NCBI GenBank assembly: GCA_041738755.1
Contig: JBGSPE010000005.1
Span: 79,872 to 143,871, forward strand
Reading direction: 5' to 3'
DNA length: 64,000 nucleotides
Source of the DNA: Minisyncoccia bacterium
GTDB taxonomy: Bacteria > Patescibacteriota > Minisyncoccia > Phycocordibacterales > UBA918
Shown here: piece by piece, positions 60,532-64,000 of the stretch
Numbering within the stretch: position 1 is the first letter of the stretch
Layout: each line of letters starts with the position of its first letter
Position numbers and translations under genes: made by a program
Notes under the pieces: generated by a model
Database searches by the model: none
Seen by the model: only the letters and a program-made list of their open reading frames with translations
Told to the model about the DNA's origin: nothing

Positions 60532-61551
60532 ATGCCTCTTAAACTTGCCGTTCTGATACTCTTTGTCTGCGCCTTCGTACTACCTGACGTGAGCAGTGCC
60601 AACGAAGTAGAAATCCGTCCATTTCTAATTGATGAAACAGCTGAAGCTCGTGATGTTATAACGAGAACCATTACCCTTACCAATCAGTATGCCGATAGAA
60701 AAATTACTGTTTTTGCTACAGTAAACGAAATCTCAGTTGGAACTGATGGTGAAATTAAAGAATTTATTACGCCAGTGATGACGGACCGAACGAATACGGT
60801 CACGAGTTGGGTTGAAATAACTCGTGGTGTTATTGAACTCGAACCAGGTGAGACAAAAGAAGTGCCGCTGACGCTGCGTATCCATCCGTACGCAAAGTCT
60901 GGCGAGTATCATGTTTTCTTGGGGTTTGTGCCAGAGCGAAAACGACCAGATGCAGAAGCAGTTGCAATGCGAGGTGAGGCAGACGGTGTAATACTAAAAC
61001 TAACGGTTGCCGACAACAAAACAGAGGCGCTCCGTATCAGCGGGTTTTCTATTGATAGATTTGTAGTTGGTGAAGACAATCAAGATATTGCCATCAAGCT
61101 TCAAAATACGGGACAACTCGCCAGCGTTCCTACGGGAGAGGTGATTTTTTATAATTCAAAAGGAGAAGAAGTCGCCTCGGTACCAGTTAATACTGCTGGT
61201 GTTGAGGTCGCTCCCGGAGCTGAGATTACATTGACCGAAAAACTTCCACTTGATAGTAAACTAGGCAGGTACAAAGCCAATCTGGCACTTGAGTACGGTG
61301 CGACACAGCGAGCAAATCTAGCTGATACAACATTTTTCTATTCACTCCCCATACAACTTATGATTTTAGTGGGGGTCGGTATTCTTATCCTGACGCTTTT
61401 AGTTACGATTCTCTTTAGACGAGCGTTCTTAGAAGAAAAAGATGACGAAGAAGCCCATGATGTAGTACTCTATGTTAAAGATACCCATGATGCTAAGCCA
61501 CAAGACCATGATATTGACCTTACTACCAAGTCTGAAGAAGTACCTTCTTAG
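60532..61551 (+). CDS. DUF916-like chaperone-type protein with C-terminal TM (ORF track start 60520)
   Basis: IRPFLID; SWV....IELEPGE...VPL.L..P..A.SG.YH; QNTG....PTG; GRYKA.L.L.YG; TM. Confidence 0.7.
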   Translation: MPLKLAVLILFVCAFVLPDVSSANEVEIRPFLIDETAEARDVITRTITLTNQYADRKITVFATVNEISVGTDGEIKEFITPVMTDRTNTVTSWVEITRGVIELEPGETKEVPLTLRIHPYAKSGEYHVFLGFVPERKRPDAEAVAMRGEADGVILKLTVADNKTEALRISGFSIDRFVVGEDNQDIAIKLQNTGQLASVPTGEVIFYNSKGEEVASVPVNTAGVEVAPGAEITLTEKLPLDSKLGRYKANLALEYGATQRANLADTTFFYSLPIQLMILVGVGILILTLLVTILFRRAFLEEKDDEEAHDVVLYVKDTHDAKPQDHDIDLTTKSEEVPS

Positions 61552-62767
61552 TACGTTGACGGTATTCCTGATTGTTCCGGGAATACTTCAGGCGCAAGAA
61601 ACACTCACGCTCAGCGTTTCTCCTACTCTGTTTAATATGTCTGCTACGCCAGGTCAGGCCTGGGAAAGCTCAGTTCGAGTAATCAACTCAAATTCATACG
61701 AATTAAATATCTATATAGATGTCGTTAACTTCGCTGCCAACGGCGAATCAGGACAGGGAATGTTTATTCCTGCAGATATTAGTGATGGCGAGAAGGATAC
61801 GTTTGCTGAGTGGATTACAATGGAGCGAAGAGAGATTACCATTGCCCCCGAACAGACTGTCCAAATTCCATTTAGTATTTTAGTACCTGAAAACGCACCA
61901 CCAGGTGGACACTCGGCTGCGCTTTTAATAGGGACGAGGCCGCCCCAAGATCAAACTGATATCACCAAGGTTGAAACCTCACAGGTCATAACGAGTTTGA
62001 TATTTTTACGCGTTTCCGGTGATGTGAATGAGTCTGGTTTGATTAGAGAATTTCGCACCACGTCAGCTATTATTGAAAAGCCTGAAACAAACTTTATTCT
62101 TCGGTTTGAAAATAACGGAAATGTTCACTTGCAACCACAGGGCGAAATAAAAATTTATAATATGTGGGGTCAGGAACGAGGCGTAGTTCCAATTAATCAA
62201 AAGACGTTGTTTGGGAATGTTTTACCACAGAGTATCCGAGCATATAATTTTAATTGGAAAGGGGAGTGGTCTGTCGCTGATATTGGTCGCTACACTGCGG
62301 TTGCAGCTCTTGCCTACGGCGAAGATCAAAAACAATTTACGTCGTTTGAAACTGCATTCTGGATTATTCCCTGGAAGGTGTTACTTGGTATCGTTATTGT
62401 ATTAGGAACATTTATACTACTGTTTACCTGGGCAATTAAGGCATACATCAGACGAATGTTACAGCTTGCCCACGTGCCAGTGCCACAACAGCCACACAAA
62501 GTAACTGTACCAAAAAAGGTGTCAGTAGTAGCGCCGCTTGAAGCGGGTATCTTAGATTTACGATCAAGACTTAAAGATGAGCGAACAGCCGCTGGACGTT
62601 TACAGACGCTAGGGTTATTCATCAAAAACTATCGCTTCTTCTTCCTGATGCTTTGTGCTGTGCTGTTGTTTATTGCCATCTTGGTTTGGTTTATCAGTAG
62701 TGCTTCACAATCAGAAAGGGGGTATGAGTTCACTATAGAAGATGCTGTTACGCCAGCTGAGGAATAG
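61508..62767 (+). CDS. DUF916-like chaperone-type protein with two TM helices (ORF track start 61472)
   Basis: LSVSPTL; EWI....I.IAP....IPF.I.VP.NAPPGGH; ENNGNVHLQPQG; GRYTA; FWIIPW; closest to 9298. Confidence 0.75.
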   Translation: MILTLLPSLKKYLLSTLTVFLIVPGILQAQETLTLSVSPTLFNMSATPGQAWESSVRVINSNSYELNIYIDVVNFAANGESGQGMFIPADISDGEKDTFAEWITMERREITIAPEQTVQIPFSILVPENAPPGGHSAALLIGTRPPQDQTDITKVETSQVITSLIFLRVSGDVNESGLIREFRTTSAIIEKPETNFILRFENNGNVHLQPQGEIKIYNMWGQERGVVPINQKTLFGNVLPQSIRAYNFNWKGEWSVADIGRYTAVAALAYGEDQKQFTSFETAFWIIPWKVLLGIVIVLGTFILLFTWAIKAYIRRMLQLAHVPVPQQPHKVTVPKKVSVVAPLEAGILDLRSRLKDERTAAGRLQTLGLFIKNYRFFFLMLCAVLLFIAILVWFISSASQSERGYEFTIEDAVTPAEE

Positions 62768-62804
62768 GTCAGAATAATTTTTAGGAGGGTGCTACTATAT
62801 ACCT

Positions 62805-62927
62805 ATGAGTTCAAAAGTAATCATTCTCATAACACTACTATTCACGCTCATTGTCGTTGGTATGTTCGTATTTGCTTATTTACGGAATGCCGAAATTGAA
62901 AACACTCCAGCAACCTATGAAAATTAG
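62805..62927 (+). CDS. Small (40 aa) single-TM protein, absent from the ORF track
   Basis: MSSKVIILITLLFTLIVVGMFVFAYLRNAEIENTPATYEN; -10-like TGcTACTAT 6 nt upstream; stop overlaps the next ATG region. Confidence 0.55.
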   Translation: MSSKVIILITLLFTLIVVGMFVFAYLRNAEIENTPATYEN

Positions 62928-63483
62928 TCGCACGTTTACCATAACGAGAACCGGAAGGTATGTCCTTCTTGCGATGTCAGGTACAGTGTTTTGCCTAGCT
63001 GGTTATATTCTGTATTCCTACTTACAAGAGTCTGATGTCAAAAGTGAGACGGAACTACTATTCGAAACTAATGAAAATTATGAACCGTACGCCGATCTTC
63101 TTGGTAACCCTGTAGCCCTGACTGATTACTTAGACAAGGTTATTGTCGTGCATTCCTGGGCAAGCTGGTGCCCAAGTTGTGTTGAACAAATCAAAATGTT
63201 CCAAACATCTACAGCAAATAACAATGACCAGGTTCAAATTATTGCCATCAATCGAGCAGAATCTATCAATACCATTGAACGATTTAAAAATACCTTTTCA
63301 ATTGAAGATTCAGTTTTGATGGTCATTGATCCAAGTGACAGATTTTATAATTCAGTTGGAGCGTATGCTATGCCGGAAACAATTATCTATGACAAAGCAG
63401 GGAACAAGGCTCTTCAGGTCCATGGTGAAATAAGCCAAGAAATACTCGAACAGAAAATTGCCGAGCTTCTCGAAGAGAATTGA
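62917..63483 (+). CDS. Membrane-anchored TlpA/ResA-family thiol-disulfide oxidoreductase (ORF track start 62851)
   Basis: N-terminal TM; WASWCPSC; AMPETIIYD..G. Confidence 0.9.
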   Translation: MKISRTFTITRTGRYVLLAMSGTVFCLAGYILYSYLQESDVKSETELLFETNENYEPYADLLGNPVALTDYLDKVIVVHSWASWCPSCVEQIKMFQTSTANNNDQVQIIAINRAESINTIERFKNTFSIEDSVLMVIDPSDRFYNSVGAYAMPETIIYDKAGNKALQVHGEISQEILEQKIAELLEEN

Positions 63484-63507
63484 CAATCGTATGATTATAT
63501 GTATAAT
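63480..63507 (+). promoter_or_regulatory. Consensus sigma70 promoter
   Basis: TTGACA-16 nt-TATAAT. Confidence 0.7.
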
Positions 63508-63609
63508 GTAGGTAGAGTAGTTCATTAGCTACTCATACACGTCTGTGCCCAGCCGATATTTAGTTGGAGCTTACTATCGAGGTAAGTTTCTGGTCACAAT
63601 TTCACCTGT

Positions 63610-63765
63610 ATGCGTAATGCAATTGGATTTCTGATAATTCTCTTTGGATTATCACAATTCTTCTCTACAAGCATTTCTGCTCTTGATGGTGCTGCACGCG
63701 AGACATTTAAGACTGTCGAAATCGCTGCCGTGAAATCACAGCAACAAATCTTGGAAGAGAAATAA
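63610..63765 (+). CDS. Small (51 aa) protein with signal/TM segment, absent from the ORF track
   Basis: MRNAIGFLIILFGLSQFFSTSISALDGAARETFKTVEIAAVKSQQQILEEK; has its own promoter and terminator. Confidence 0.6.
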   Translation: MRNAIGFLIILFGLSQFFSTSISALDGAARETFKTVEIAAVKSQQQILEEK

Positions 63766-63771
63766 CGATGT

Positions 63772-63801
63772 AAGGACTGAGCTATTCGCTTAGTCCTTTT
63801 T
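63772..63801 (+). terminator. Intrinsic terminator
   Basis: aaggactgagc-tattc-gcttagtcctt followed by a T-run. Confidence 0.8.
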
Positions 63802-63833
63802 GGTATGGTGCATATATGCTATATAATGTGACT

Positions 63834-64000
63834 ATGCAATTAAGTCGGGTCGTTGAATATGTATTTTTCTTTGGGCTTTTGCTGCTCTCTGGCTACATGG
63901 TATGGCAGATTGCAGCACCGTTTGTGAGCGCAATTGCCTTAGCTGCCATTATTGTGGTTATTTGTGAGCCATTACATCAACGAATCAAACGAGTTACGCC
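63834..64000 (+). CDS. Probable AI-2E family (PerM-like) transporter, 3'-truncated by the window end
   Basis: MQLSRVVEYVFFFGLLLLSGYMVWQIAAPFVSAIALAAIIVVICEPLHQRIKR, the typical PF...A......P N-terminus; TATAAT 6 nt upstream. Confidence 0.65.
   Translation, partial: MQLSRVVEYVFFFGLLLLSGYMVWQIAAPFVSAIALAAIIVVICEPLHQRIKRVT

Noticed and set aside
1799-62625. Numerous 60-300 aa ORFs antisense or out of frame within long genes (e.g. 13230..14153, 25877..26497, 34045..34842)
   Set aside because: Shadows of codon bias in Thr/Gly/Ser-rich genes; no recognisable motifs; fully overlapped by well-supported CDSs
62783-62788. AGGAGG as a ribosome-binding site
   Set aside because: 16 nt from the next ATG and upstream of the apparent -10, so probably not in the transcript
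1-64000. CRISPR array, tRNA/rRNA, transposase/integrase, diversity-generating retroelement
   Set aside because: No regularly spaced repeats, cloverleafs, DDE/tyrosine recombinase or reverse transcriptase motifs; no near-identical TR/VR pair noticed by eye

Overview
AT-rich bacterial chromosome segment, almost entirely + strand. It is most consistent with a Candidate Phyla Radiation (Patescibacteria, probably Parcubacteria-type) genome; this is inferred from protein style, a lack of Shine-Dalgarno sites and apparent leaderless genes. Bases 1-7.8 kb hold a truncated surface protein with a peptidoglycan-binding tail, a CAP protein, and a split umuD...umuC pair with a GH18 and an RppH-like Nudix gene between them. 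Bases 8.1-63.5 kb form one ~55 kb cell-surface locus. It encodes five secreted proteins ending in WxL/pilin-like C-terminal domains of two subtypes, including 7696-aa and 2050-aa giants. It also encodes four membrane-anchored DUF916/chaperone-like proteins, three dockerin proteins and four cohesin proteins (three membrane-anchored, one cohesin+dockerin). An FN3 protein, a MacB/LolD-type ABC exporter, Hsp20 and a TlpA thioredoxin complete it. The main hypothesis is an usher-less, donor-strand fibre system tethered to the membrane by cohesin-dockerin pairs, with giant tip adhesins built by nested domain insertion. Both putative small shaft genes carry long structured 5' leaders. Domain calls come from motif recognition by eye, not from database searches.
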